The notes beneath the pieces are model-generated. The model had not been told where the DNA came from. It saw nothing but the letters and a program-made list of their open reading frames with translations, and ran no database searches. A stretch of DNA of 63,592 nucleotides, the filler included, from Chiloscyllium plagiosum (lineage: Eukaryota): assembly GCF_004010195.1 (NCBI RefSeq). It is 4 parts of one record of this genome, joined end to end, with 100 filler letters (N's around TTAATTAATTAA, not from the genome) between each part and the next. Parts side by side here need not be neighbours in the genome. Positions count along the whole stretch, not along the records: positions 1 to 28,953 come from NC_057713.1; 3 more parts are not named here. One strand, given 5' to 3'. The position numbers and the translations under genes were made by a program. How positions within the stretch are numbered: the stretch's first letter is position 1; every line of letters starts with the position of its first letter. Below, piece after piece: positions 1 to 13,289 of the stretch.

Positions 1-356
1 TTGGAATGGCGAAGGATGAGGGGTGACTTGATAGAGGTTTATGAGATGATCAGAGGAATAGATTGAGTCGACAGTCAGAAACTTTTTCTTCGGGTGCAAC
101 AGAGTGTTACAATTGGACATAAATTTAAGGTGAAGGGTGGAAGGTATAGGGGGGATGTCAGGGGTGGGTTCTTTACCCAGAGAGTGGTGTGGGCATGGAA
201 TGCGCTGCCTGTGGGAGTGGTAGAGTCAGAATCTTTGGTGACCTTTAAGCGGCAATTGGATAGGTACATGGATGGGTGCTTAAGCTAGGACATATGTTCG
301 GCACAACATCGTGGGCCGAAGGGCCTGTTCTGTGCTGTATTGTTCTATGTTCTATG
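1..356 (+). mobile_element. CR1-type LINE 3' end (RT C-terminus + 3' UTR, (TTCTATG)n tail)
   Basis: ORF 94-288 GHKFKVKGGRYRGDVRGGFFTQRVVWAWNALP is the CR1 ORF2 C-terminus; microsatellite tail; same subfamily as 54380-55260. Confidence 0.9.
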
Positions 357-1933
357 AAGATGTGTTTAGTAGGCTAAAGGATATTAAGGTGGACAATTTG
401 CCAGAACCGGATGGGATCTATCCCAGGTTGCTGAGGGAGGCGAGAGAAGAAATAGCTGGGGCCATGACAGATATCTTTGTAGCATCCTTAAACACAGGTG
501 AAATGCCGGAAGACTGGAGAGTTGCTAATGTTGTCCTCCTGTACAAGAAGGGTAATAGGGATAACTACAGACCAGTGAGCCTAACACCAGTGGTGGGAAA
601 TTTGCTGGAGAAGGTGCTGAGGGATAAAATCTATTAAAGTTTGGAAGAAAATGGGCTTATCAGAGATGGGCAACATGGTTTTGTGCAGGGGAGATCGTGC
701 TTTACCAACTCAATAGACTTCTTTGAGAAGTGACCAAGTTGATAGATGAAAGAAGGGCTGTAGATGTCATATACATGGACTTTAGTAAGGTGTTTGATAA
801 AGTTTCCTATGGTAAATTAATGGAGAAAGTGAAATCAAATGGTGTGCAGGGTTTTCTAGCTAGGTGGATAAAGAACTGGCTGAGCAACAGTAGACAGAGT
901 AGTAGTAGTTGAAGGGAGTTTCTCAAAATTGAGAAAGGTGACCAGTAGTGTTCCACTGGGCTCAGTGCTGGGGCCACTGTTGTCTGTGATATACATAAAT
1001 GATCTGGAAGAGGGCATTAGTGGTCCGATCAGTAAGTTTGGAGATGAAATGAAGATTGGTGGAGTAGCAGAAAGCATAGGGGATGGTCAAAGAGTACAGG
1101 AGAATATAGATAGACTGGAGAGTTGGGCGGAGAAGTGGCAAATGAGTTCAATCCGAGCAAATGTGAGGTGATGCATTTTGGGAGGTCTAATTCTAGAGCG
1201 AACTATACGTAAAGAGAAAAGTTGATGAGCAGAGCGATCTGGGAATTCAGGTCCATTGTGCACTGAAGGTAGCTGCACAAGTGGATAGAATGGTCAAGAA
1301 GGCATATGGTATGCTTGCCTTCATCGGACACCGTATTGAGTATAAGAGCTGGCAGGTCATGTTAAAATTGTACAAGACTTTGGTTCGGCCGCATTTAGAA
1401 TACTGTGTACAGTTCTGGTCGCCACTTTACCAAAATGATGTGGTTGCTTTGGAGAGGTGCAGAGAAGGTTTATGAGAATGTCGCCTGGTATGGAAGATGC
1501 TAGCTATGAAGAGGAGCTGAGTAGGTTAGGATTGTTTTCAAAAGAAAAAAAGAAATTGTGGGGGGACCTGATTGAGGTCTATAAAATCATGAAGGGTATA
1601 GGTAGGGTAGATAGAGATCAGCTTTTTCCCAGGGTGAGGGATTCAATAACGAGAGGTCACGCATTCAAGGTGAGGGGAGAAAAGGTTTGAGGAGGATACA
1701 CACGGAAAGTACATTACACAGAGGATGATAGGTGCCTGGAATGCGGTGCCAGCAGATGTAGTAGAGGCAGGCATGGTAGATTCATTTAAGGACAGACGCA
1801 TGAGGTGGTGGGAACCAGAGGGATACAGATGCTTAGGAATTAGGCGATAAGTTTAGACAGTGGATTTGGATCGGCACAGGCTTGGAGGGCCGAAGGGCCT
1901 GTTCCTGGGCTGTAAAGTTTTTTTGTTCTTTGT
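357..1933 (+). mobile_element. 5'-truncated, frameshifted CR1 LINE (RT domain to 3' tail)
   Basis: Fragments [60 protein letters not shown]. Confidence 0.92.
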
Positions 1934-2075
1934 AAATCTCTAGTGGTGGGGTCTGTTTGTAGGTGGAGGATAATGCGATGTATGCAGAGATTGGTGGGGT
2001 GGAAGGGGAGGACCGGGGATTCTGTCCTTGTTGCGGTTGGAGGGGTGGGGTTCAAGGGGGGACGGGAAGTGTCTT
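1934..2075 (-). mobile_element. Penelope-like element fragment
   Basis: Minus-strand HLQTDPTTRD matches the Penelope copy at 25370-26238. Confidence 0.6.
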
Positions 2076-2099
2076 GAGTAACCTGTGGTACTGAACTAT

Positions 2100-2991
2100 T
2101 TCAGAGGACTGTGAAACTTTGTAGATGAACATTGATAGTTTGAATGAGTGGGCAAAGGTCTGGCAGATGGAATACAATGTTAATAAATGTGAAGCCATCC
2201 ATTTTGGTAGAAATAACAGTAAAAAGGACTATTACTTGAATGGTAAAAAGTTGCAGCATGCTGCTATTCAGAGGGACCTGGGTGTCCTTGTGAATGAATC
2301 ACGGAAGGTTGGTCTTCAGGTACAACAGGCAATTAGGAAAGCAAATGAAATTTAGTCATTCATTGCGAAAGGGGTTGACTTTAAAAGCAGGGAGGTTATG
2401 TTGCAGTTGTATATGGTGCTGGTGAGGCTACACCTAGACTACTGCATGCAGTTTTTGTCTCCTTACTTGAGAAAGGATGTACTGGCACTAGAGGGGGTGC
2501 AGAGGTAGTTCACCAGGTTGAACCCAGAGTTGAGGGGGTTAGCTTATGAGTGACTGAGTAGACTGGGATTATATCCATTGGAATTTAGAAGAATGGGGGG
2601 GGGGGGTTCTTATAGAAAGATTAAAAAATTATGAAGGGAATTGATAAGATAGTTGTAGTGTGGATGTTTCCACTGGCAGGTGAAAGTAGGACAAAAGGGT
2701 ATAGCCCTAAAATTAGGGGGAGCAGATTTGGACTGAATTAAGAAGGGACTTCTTCACCCAGAGGGTTGTGAATCTATGGAACTCACTGCCCAGTGAAGTA
2801 GTTGACACTACTTCAGTAAATGTTTTTAAAGCTAAGATAGATTTTTTTGAACAATGAAGAAATTAAGGGTCACAGTGAGAGAGTGGGTAAGTGAAGCTGA
2901 GGCCTCAAAAACATCAGCCATGATTTTATTGAATGGCAGAGCAGGCTCGAAGGGCCAGATGGCCTACTCCTGCTCCTAGTTCTTATGTTCT
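2100..2991 (+). mobile_element. Decayed CR1 LINE 3' half
   Basis: WAKVWQMEYNVNKCEAIHFG...QRDLGV; 3' UTR ending ctactcctgctcctagttcttatg. Confidence 0.88.
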
Positions 2992-3004
2992 TGAACACTG
3001 TCAA

Positions 3005-4610
3005 TGTACGTATACCATTTGGACTGCAACAGTTCAAGACGACAGCTGACCATCACTTCATTAAGGACACTTGGAGATGGGCAATAAATGCTAGACCAAC
3101 CAACTATGTCCACATTTGTGAAAGAACTTCTAAAAATAGCCAAACTGTGTCAAAACAGTCTGAGCTACCTTAATGCCTTGCAAAATGTCATTTAAAGTAG
3201 AAAATACTCAAATTCCAGTAAGTATTTGGCAACTGGCTGGAAATGTTAAATAATTATCTTTATAATATAAAAACAAAAATTAAGTGGCTACAAGAGCAAA
3301 TCAAAGCCTGGGAATACTGCAGTGGGTAACTCACCGCCTGACTCCCTAAAACCTCTGCACCATTTACAAAGGCACAATTCAGGAGTGTGATAAAATATTC
3401 CCCGCTTGCTTGGATGAGTACAGCTCCAACAATACTACAGAAAGATGGTTGTAGTTGTTGGATAACAGTCATCTTAACTCCAGGAAATCTCTGCAGGAGT
3501 TCCTCAGGGTAGTTTCCTAAGCCCAACCATCTTCAGCTGCTTCTCTCCATCATAAAGTCTGAAGTGGGGATGATCACATGATATATAACACCATTCGCTG
3601 ATACTGATTTAGTAAATGTAGCAAGATCTGAACAATATCCATGCTAGATTACATGGCTATCTCTCCAAAAACCTTGACGCAATTTGGATTTAGTTGAAAA
3701 ATTTCATCCATATAACTAATAACACTGTCCAAAGATGTAGGAGTTTTTATAATCTAGTAATTTCAGGTGCATGTTTGCTTTCAAAATTATAACCTAGTTT
3801 TCTTTTTTTTGTCAGTCATGAATTACTTGGTTACAAATTTACCTTTGAATCACAAAATTCAAGTTAGAAGTCCCACTCTAGGGCTTATACATAAAAATCA
3901 GGGCCAACATTCCAGTGCAGTACTGAGTGAGTAGTGCATAATCTTTCAGTTGAGATGCTAAACTAAGGTCACATCAAAGAGCCTTGGCAAAGTTGAAGTC
4001 AATGGGAATCAAAGGTAAAGTTTGGTTGACTTTGGCTGAAGTGGTAACTGGCACAGATGAAGATGATTATCGCATAGGAGGTCAGTCATCTCAACTCCAG
4101 GTCTTCACTGCAGGAGTTCGTCAGGGTTATGCCCTAGTCCCAACTATCTTTAGCTGCTTCATCAATGACTTTTCCACCATTATAAAGTTTGAAGTGGGAA
4201 TGTTCACGGATAATTGCACAATGTTCAGCGTCATTCTCTTCTGCTCAGATACTAAAGTAGTCCATGGTGTATGCAGCAAAACCTGGATAACTTTCATGTA
4301 TGAACTCATGAGCGGCTGGGTTGTCTTTGGTGAGAAACTCAACTGGACTCACGATCTAAATATAGTGGCCACAGGAGCAGGGTACAAGCTGGGATTCTGA
4401 GGTGAATAATTCATCTTCTGACTCCCCAGTTCTTTTCTCCCACTTAGAAAACATAAGTCAAGAGTGTAATGGAATACTCTCCATTTGTCTGGGCAAATGT
4501 GGTACCATAACACTCAAGAAGCTGGACACCACTCGGGACAAAGCAGCTGCTTGATTGGCATCCCACCCTCCTAACCTAAACATTCACTTTCCCCATCCAT
4601 AGTGCATTAA
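3005..4610 (+). mobile_element. Fragments of an older CR1/L2-clade LINE family ('family B')
   Basis: RT-like AGVRQG..L.PTIFSCFIND..MFTDNCT; 3' end gatgggcaataaatgct recurs at ~19940 and, inverted, at ~28060, ~36540 and ~47960. Confidence 0.7.
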
Positions 4611-5318
4611 GCGTGGAGAATGAGTTATTTTTTAAATAATAAATTTTGATTTGAACAAGTGAGCAAATAAATTGTACACTGTTTAATTGTAGCTTGAGGC
4701 AATATTACATACTCTAGAAGATGCATTAGTTGCTCATTGGTGCTGGGTAAACTATTGGCAAAGTTCTCAGAATTGGTAAGCTAAGAGGAACAAGCTATAA
4801 AAGGGACAATCTTATAGAATGATTGGCATGTTGAAGAACAAATGACAAGAAAATAATAAATGATGCCACTAAGCTGTCTTTTGAAGACACCAAATCAGGA
4901 ATTGGGCACATCTTATTCAGTCAATCCATGACTGACCATGAACTGTTCATGCACTGATAAGCCAATTAGAGTTTAGGTTGCCTCAGGTCATATTACATGG
5001 TAGTGGCTAATAAGGCTTAATAAGACCTGGGTTAATAAGATCTGTTTCGATGCACAAGAAGGAAGATTGAACATAGAAGCAACATTTCAGTCAACAGAAC
5101 AAAAGATATGTGCCTAGTCAATCAGTTTTGTGCACTGGCATCTCACTGTAGCCAGGGCAAAAACCAATGTCAGTTAGGATAAACGTAACTAATTCTGAAA
5201 ACCTCAATCTAGAATTGCAAGATCTACGTCAATTAAAGTGCACTCCAAAATCTTACAGCAGCAGCAGTGTCTGCTGTATGCAATATGCTGAACAGCAACT
5301 CATCTAATTGTCTTCAAC

Positions 5319-6101
5319 TATGTGCATTTTAGGAAAGCAAATCTTAGCAGGACTTATACACTTAATGGTAAGGTCCTAGGGAATGTTGCTGAACAAAGTC
5401 CTTGGAGTACAGGTTCATAGCTCCTTAAAAGTGGAGTTGCAGGTAGATAGGATATTGAAGGTGGTGTATGGTATGCTTTCTTTCATTGGTCAGAGTATTG
5501 AGTACAGGAGTTGGGAGGTCATGTTGCCACTGTACAGGACATTGGTTAGGCCACTGTTGGAATATTGCGTGCAATTCTGGTCTCTTTCCTATCGGAAAGA
5601 TGTTGTGAAACTTGAAAATGTTCAGAAAAGATTTACAAGGATGTTGCCAGGATTGGAGAATTTGAGCTATGGGGAGAGGCTGAACAGGCTGGGGCTGTTT
5701 TCCCTGGAGCGTCTGAGGCTGAGGGATGACCTTATAGAGGTTTACAAAATTATGAAGGGCATGGATAGGGTAAATAGGCAAAGTCTTTTCCCTGAGGTTG
5801 GGGAGTCCAGAACTAGAGGGCATAGGTTTAGGGTGAGAGGGGAAAGATGTAAAAGAGACCTAAGGGGCAACTCTTTCACACAGAGGGTGGTGCGTGTATG
5901 GAATGAGCTCCCAGAAGAAGTGGTGGAGGCTGGTACAATTGCAGCATTTAAGAGGCATTTGGATGGGTATCTGAATAGGAAGGGTTTGGAGGGATATGGG
6001 CCGGGTGCTGACAGGTAGGACTAGATTGGGTTGGGATATCTGGTCGGCATGGACGGGTAGAACTGAAGGGTCTGTTTCCATGCGCTGCATCTCTATGACT
6101 G
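5319..6101 (+). mobile_element. HER1-like CR1 LINE 3' portion
   Basis: 211-aa ORF with RPLLEYCVQFWS and FTQRVVRVWNELP; tail gaagggtctgtttccatg...ctctatgact. Confidence 0.93.
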
Positions 6102-6239
6102 CCTTTCAATCTGCCACTTAGAATGACAAAGATAGTAGAAGGATAGGAATAGTAACATCTGCAAGTTCCCCTCCAGAGCAGTCCCCATTCTGTGAAGTCA
6201 GTGTCTCTTTATTTGTGTGTGTTTTTTAAATTGAGGACT

Positions 6240-6400
6240 AAAATGAGAAAAGAACTGTTTTAAAACCAGAAGTTGCTGGAAAAGCTCAGCAAGTCTGGCA
6301 GCATCTATGAAGAGAAATCAAAGTTAGCATTTTGGGTCCGGTGACCCTTTATCAGAAACGGACCTGAAACTCTGATTTTTCTTAAAACCAGGATTGCAAG
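6240..6400 (-). mobile_element. Penelope-like terminal fragment with degenerate hammerhead motif
   Basis: Minus strand CTGATAA-A-GGGTC-ACCG-GACCC-AAAATGCTAAC. Confidence 0.6.
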
Positions 6401-7149
6401 GATTACTGCAATGGTTTGAAAGCAAGTAACTGAATACTGTTGATGAACACTGCTTGCACAGTCATGGGTTACAACAGTGTTTGCAGACAAAGGTCTGTGG
6501 GCAAATGGAGGCTTGGTTGGCAACAATTAGTAGATTAGTAAGAGACCAGTTACCAATGACAAAGGTCTTTTGCTTACCAACAATTATGTGGTTGGTTCTC
6601 AGCTGGCTGAGCAGCTTGGGGCTGTAAACAAAATACAGCAAAACTACTCAGACCGCCACTAGCCCAGAAGCTTTCGCTGTTCTCTGCGGAAAAACGCGTT
6701 TTAAGCATGAAGAAAACAAGTTCATCTTCCATTCAGCAACTACTGTTAGCTGCGACTTCTAGTTAATACGTCAAAGACCTTTGATCAGTGAACCAGCCAC
6801 TCTGTGCTCCTTGCTACCAACAACTGGAAAAAGACCAAAAAGCAGATTTCTGATCAGCACAAGAACCATCTCAACAGATCCTAGCAACTTAAGCTTGCCA
6901 TAATTTTTGCAAGGGAAATTAGAGATAGCAACCAATGCTAGTCTTGTTAGCAATGCCCATATTCCATGAAAGAAGAAACAAAGAATCTGCCTGCTTGGGC
7001 AAATGCAAAAGATCAAAAAGAACTTCATTACTCGTAAAATGCTTTGAGAATGCTCATGAAAAATCTAAATGAATGCAAGACCACCTTTCTTTTAATGGTC
7101 CAAATAATCCAAATTGTTGATTAGATAGTCTATTCAATGTTTCAAATAC

Positions 7150-7450
7150 TGCTCCAACCTTCCAACTCGGCACTGCCCTCATGACCTGTCCTACCTGTCC
7201 ATCTTCCTTCCCACCTAACTGCTCCACCCTCCTCTCCAACCTATTGCGCACTCAACTATCTTACCCCCAGCCCCAACCCCCTCCCATTTATCTCAGCACT
7301 CCCTCAGCTCACAACCTCATTCCTAATGAAGGGCCTTTGCCCAAAACATCGATGCTCCTGCTCCTCAGATCCTGCCTGACCTGCTGTGCTTTTCCAGCAC
7401 CATTATCTAGACTCTAATCTCCAGCATATGCAGTCATCACTTTCGCCTTA
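7150..7450 (+). mobile_element. Penelope-like element 3' (pseudo-LTR) fragment
   Basis: Homologous to the end of 25370-26238; decayed hammerhead at 7323-7350. Confidence 0.75.
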
Positions 7451-7483
7451 AATTTGCCACTGATCAGTTTCAATAAATGAATG

Positions 7484-7797
7484 AGATGATGAGAGACATA
7501 GATAGAGTGGATAGCCCGAGACATTTTTCCCCAAGGGGCATCATTTTAAGGTGATTGGAGGAAGGTTTAGGGAGATGTCAGAGGTAGGTTCTTTATACAT
7601 AGAGAGTGGTGGGTGGGTGGAATGCACTGCAAGCTGTGATAATAGAGTCAGATATATTAGGGACATTTAAGCAATTCTTGGGTAGACACATGGAAGATAG
7701 TACAATGAAGGGTATGCAGCTTAGTCTGATCTTAGAGTAGGATATGATGTCGGCATAATATCGAGGACCGAATGGCCTGTACTTTCTATGTTCTATG
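7484..7797 (+). mobile_element. CR1 LINE 3' end
   Basis: gagagtggtgggtg..tggaatgcactgc motif; (TTCTATG) tail. Confidence 0.8.
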
Positions 7798-9914
7798 AAT
7801 AAACCTTATGATTGATGATGCTGCTCGAGAGTATTAAATTAAACTTAGCAATGTGTACTTCATTCAATGTTATATTTTGTGCAGCAGTTATTATTGATTT
7901 TAATTAAAAAAACAATTTAGATGTACAATCATGTTAACATCTTTTTAAAATGAGTTTCATACAGAACACTTTGCTCAATAAAATACAATCATCCCTTGGC
8001 TCCAATAAATTGACATTCTTTATAATATTGAATAAAGCCTTAATCTAATCTACCTGCTCAAAAATTGTTCAATTAATGACCTGAACAGATGTCAGTCTTT
8101 TCTAGCACTGCTTTTAGGGTAAAACTCTTCACCATGACAGAAGCAGCTAGATGTCACTCCACAGTGACAACACACAAGCAACCTTGTGTTCCTTTAACTG
8201 ATGATGCTAATTCAACTAGAAGTATCATTAAGGCAATAAGGTTCTGAAAATCACAATATAATTGCATTCAGATGTGCCATGATCTTATTGAATGGTAGAG
8301 GTAGGCTTGGGGGCCAAGTGGCTTTTGCTCCTATTTCATATATCTGTCGCTATATGAGCCAGTTGGTAGATCCTAATTTGAATATCATCTGCAGTATGGA
8401 TCACTACAGTGTAGGAATGACATTATAGTTTTTGTGAATGTGACTAGGTGACAAGTCAATTTTACAAATTCACAAGTGCATTCCCCTAGATCTTCAATGC
8501 ATTTGGTTTGCTGAAAATCCTATCCAGAAGTGTGAATTCATAAGATCAGTCCTTCTAGTCTCAGAGTTTACGTTATGATTGAAGGTTGAGGAAACCTTTA
8601 AAAGATGAATTTCTGAGGGTCAATCAGACAGGAACGAAGGTGGAACCACAAAAATAATAAGCCCCATCTCTATATTCCCAAGAGTGGGAGAGGACCTTGG
8701 AACAGTCCCTCTAATATTAACTAGGTAATATAGGTAATTTTTAATATAGTAAAAGCCCGTTTCTGCTAAGATTTTCATTTTCCGCAAGGCAGCCATACCT
8801 CAGTAGGTGATGGAATTCAGATCGGCTGCAAGGAGGCAATGGCATGTCAAGGAAGGAGAGTTTTGTAAAGTAAGAATGGTCTTTAAAGACCTTGTCACTT
8901 AAAGTTCTATTCCAGGTTAGTGGCATTTAAACAATAACTGGGAAGGTTTCAGCAGGAAGTGGGTGGTGCACCACAGAGATCTAAACCATTGGAAAGGATC
9001 AATTGCCTGCACAGTAATACAAGGCTGGGAGTTAGGAGGTGAGAGGAGAGTGATGAGGGATATGAATGAGAAGGAGACACCACTTTGCACACAAGATCTA
9101 CAGGCAGGAATGAAGTTATCTGCACATGACTGAGAAACAGAAGTGATGGGAAAATTTGGCTTTCCTGGTAAATAGTCACAGACCTCTAATGTCCTTGTCA
9201 GTTGCAGTCCCCTGCTACATTAAACGGGCAGCTGCAAATCAAAGCATCACCCAGGTGACTGACATTAGAGAACAGTCAGAATCACAACTGATGGGACATA
9301 GTGAGCTCAGAGGTCACTAGGCCTGGTGCAGCGAGATAGTGCCCTGCAATACCAGTGGGCATAGGGAGGTAATGCTGAACCTGTCTGAAATACAGGTTAG
9401 CCTCTTGCTGCCAGATTCTCAAAATGAGCACTTTTTTTCATTCTCTCATGAGACTTCGCTCCTCTCTATCATGGGTGACAAGTGTCTAGCTACACTGTAC
9501 CATTTCAGGTCACTGATGCAATCTTTGACACAAACCCTAGGTCTTAGGACAAGCAGGTGCCTCAATAACAGCCATCACGGGTGCCTGAAGTCAGACTCCA
9601 TTCCTAGCAGACAAGTTAATAACATGAACATACAGTTTAGTACATTCCAGCAACTGGCAGATCATATCAAACAGTTTGTTTTTTCAACTGTTCACAACAG
9701 ATGACTGTGCTCAACCAACCTAGACTTACAAGACCCATAACAAAATCTTATTTTGCAATTAGATCACACTTACCAAACAACCATGGTTATGGTAGAAATC
9801 ACAGAACCAATTTAAGATTATAAATTGGGCTCACAGTGTGGCTCACATATACATGATACATTCATATCCAGACTACTCCATGTGATGTCAAGAAACAGTT
9901 GGAGACATAATTGT

Positions 9915-10408
9915 GCAAAGGCTATGGACACTGACAACATTCTGCCAATAATATTGAAGACTTGAGCTCCTGAATTTGCCGCTCCCCTCGCCAAGCTCTT
10001 TCAGTTCAGTTGCAACACTGGCATCTACCCAACAAGGTTGAAAATTGCCCAGGTATGTCCTATACATAAAAGGCTGGACAAATCTTACCCTGCCCCATCA
10101 GTCTACTCTTGATCATCAATAAAGTGATGAAAGGTGTCATTTAGAGTGCTATCAAGAAGCACATGCTCAGCGACACCTAATTTGGGTTATGCCATGGCCA
10201 CTTAGTTCCTGACCTCATTACAGTCTTGGTTCAATCATGGACAAAAGAGCTGAATTCAAGAGGTGAGGAGAGGGTGACAGCCCTTGCCATCAAGGATGCA
10301 TTTGAGCATCAAGGAGCCTGAGCAAAACTGGAATCATTGGGCATTAGGTATAAACTCTTCACTGGTTGGAGTCATACCTGACATGTAGGAAGATGGTCAT
10401 AGTTGTTC
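9915..10408 (+). mobile_element. Family B LINE RT fragment
   Basis: Encodes AAPLAKLFQFSCNTGIYPT..KIAQVCPIHK..PISLLLIINKVM. Confidence 0.75.
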
Positions 10409-10679
10409 TAATAGGCATGATGCGCATTTGGCTTATGCGCATGTTAATGAAGACAACCATTGTATTGCTACTGAATAGTAGCAGCATGAAACAGCTAGTT
10501 TCACCTATTGCTCAAAGTTTTGTTTGATATTGCTAGTCTATTAATTTGGGTACTGCTAAAGAAAGTCATAGACACTTGTAACACATTGCTATACCATGGT
10601 GACATAGGTGTGCCATCGTTGTCTGAATCTGCACTTTTATACTTTTGAACTTAGCAACTTGTGCAAAGGGGGGGGGGGG

Positions 10680-10800
10680 GCTCCTGTGGTGTAGAGGTAA
10701 TGTCTCTACTCCTGAACCAAGAGGCCTGGGTTCAAGTCCCACTAGCTCTAAAGGTGTAATAACATCTTTGAACAGTTGGATTAGGAAAAATTGGTCAAAT
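10680..10800 (+). mobile_element. Probable tRNA-derived SINE
   Basis: A-box-like gtggtgtagaggt and B-box ggttcaagtccc; A-rich end. Confidence 0.55.
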
Positions 10801-11283
10801 AAAAACAAAAAGGGAAAAAAAAACAACTTGTGCAGCTGAGTTCATTTTTAAAAAGCGTCCAAATGCTCTTGCTTTAGGATCTCCTCTCACAGGTGCAGCT
10901 CTCACTAGCACCTTCATCCATTCCCGTAAAAAAAAATGTTTTTGATGAAATGACAGCTAACTTCCTACCACATACATATTTTCAATGGGTAGATAATACG
11001 TTTTCTCTATTTTAACGTACAAATGCTTACATGCATTAAACAAAGCCTGACAGTTAATTGTTAATCAATATTAACTGGCACATTGATTGTCCACAGTGAT
11101 ACTTCAATCAGATTCTATTTGCCAACCAATTAGCAGTTCCCTCTAATACAGTATGAATTTTCCCTTCAATTTGTATTTTTATGAATTGTTCAAAGATTTT
11201 GATAAAAAAATGTAGTTTTTTTCAGCAGTAACAATTCTATTAACATTCATCTGTTCCATATGCCTTGACTCTTTAGTTAATGT

Positions 11284-12018
11284 CAAAATGGCGGCAGATT
11301 AGCAGCACAGTGCAGGCTTCTGCCTGGAGCTCATCTGCTTTGTCCACTTTTACTTTTTTCTTCCTTCACAGCATTTTGTTTAACTTTAATCTGCTTACCT
11401 TGTGTGGAGAGATTGAGCTAACATAGGAGACAGCTAGAGAGTGTGGGAGAGAGCCAGCCCAATGCAGAAGAGAGCAAGCCAGCATGGGGGAGACAGTGCT
11501 AGTCCAATGTGGAGGAGAACTATCTAGCGTAGGGGAGAGCCAGTCCACATGAGGAGAGCAAACCCAACACGGAGGAGAGTGAACCAAATGTGGAGGTGAA
11601 CAAGCTAGTATGGGTAGGAGTGGGCCATTGTGTAGGAGAGTGAGCCCAATGTGGAGGAGAGTGATGCCAGTAAAGAGGTGATAGAGGTCCCTAGGCATCA
11701 GCAACTTTAGCAACAACAGGAAGCCGGATGTCTGCCAAACTCTATGGCAGCATCAAGCGCAGGGAAATCAAGCCCAACGAATAGAAGATAGAGCCCAGCA
11801 CGAAGGAGATCGAACCTAAAGGCTGGCGCGAGTCCAGCTTGGCTAAGGACTTAAGAAGGACCTTAATGTTAAACTTTCAACTATATTTTCTTACTTTTCT
11901 AGTTTGTAGCTAAGAATATGCCAGGAATGGCACATTGTACACTTTTCACTGGACGGGTACTCATGTATTCCTGTACTTGTGTACACTTGATGATAAAATT
12001 TAAATCTAAATCTAAAAT
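11284..12018 (+). mobile_element. Probable non-autonomous retroposon with internal ~20-bp minisatellite and Rex1-like tail
   Basis: Starts caaaatggcggc; repeats gcccaatgtggaggagag at ~11430-11670; ends cttttcactg...gtacacttga...taaatctaaatctaaa. Confidence 0.5.
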
Positions 12019-13289
12019 TTATCAACCTTGATAAATTAGAACTAATGTTTTTTGGGGAAATTCCTCCAGCTTTTTTTTTTATAAAGCCAGGCTTTCTGAA
12101 TTCTGTCCTTTATGGACTACCTCTAATTTTACCGTTAAATCAGCTTCTTAGGGATTCCATCATCAGACAATTTTTTTTCCTTTCAATTCTAGCAAATCAA
12201 TTTATCATTTTAAACAGTTTGATTATGAACCTCTCAAATTTGCAAACTCAAAAGTTTACATAATTTGACCCTGCAAGTTCTCGTATCATTCTAATATTTA
12301 TTCAAGGCTGCCATATCATTCCTCAGGTTGGATACTCAAAAATAGAATATAGAAAGTGAGATGGGACCTGGCCCAAGGCTCTGTGTAACTGAGGTATCGT
12401 TTGCTCACTAATGAATTCCAACTAAATGTCAGTCAGTGGTATCTCATGCTGCCTTGTTCACTTAACTGGGCTATTTTCAGTCAAATGCTAAAAAGATGAA
12501 AAAAATCACAGCACAAAATACTTGAACACAATATGCCTTTCTGTTAATTGATGAAGAACAAATTCTGAGAAAGAAAAATCCATCTAGCTCAATTGACAAA
12601 ACAAGTGGGGAAAACTGGTTGGCCACAAAGTTGAAAGGTGGTGCTACCAGACTAGTAAACCAGAGACCTGGACTAATGCCCTGGAGAAATGCACTGCAGT
12701 ATTTAGGGAAGTTAACTTTAATCCATTAAAGGAAAATGGAGATATATTGGTAATGTCACTAGACTAATAATCCACATGGCTAGGCTACTTTTCTGGGAAA
12801 ACAAATTCCAACACAACAACTGTTGGAATTTAAATTCAGTTGATAAATCTAGAACATAAACTAGTCTCAGTCATGGAGATCATCTATTGTTGATTGTTCC
12901 GAAAGATCTATCCTTCAGGGAAAGAAAGCTTCCGCTGACATGGTTGACATGTGACTCCAGACCCACAACAATGCAGTTGGCTCTTAGCTGCCCTTTGAAA
13001 TGACCTAGCAAACTATTCAGTTCAAGGACAAAGATTGGCAAAATAAAATACTGCCTTAGTTATCAAAGGCCACATCCCTTGAATGAAGAAAGAAAAAACA
13101 ACAAATCTGGCAAAAAATGCTAGTTTCATAAATTGACATTCTTAATACATAACAAAACTACCAGTCTTTTATAAAGACCCATCTGATATCATCTGATCTA
13201 CATACCTACGGCAATGTGGCTGACACTTAAAAGCCTTATTGAACAACAGTCAAACTATAACAGAAAGATTGAATGAGGATTAAACTACA

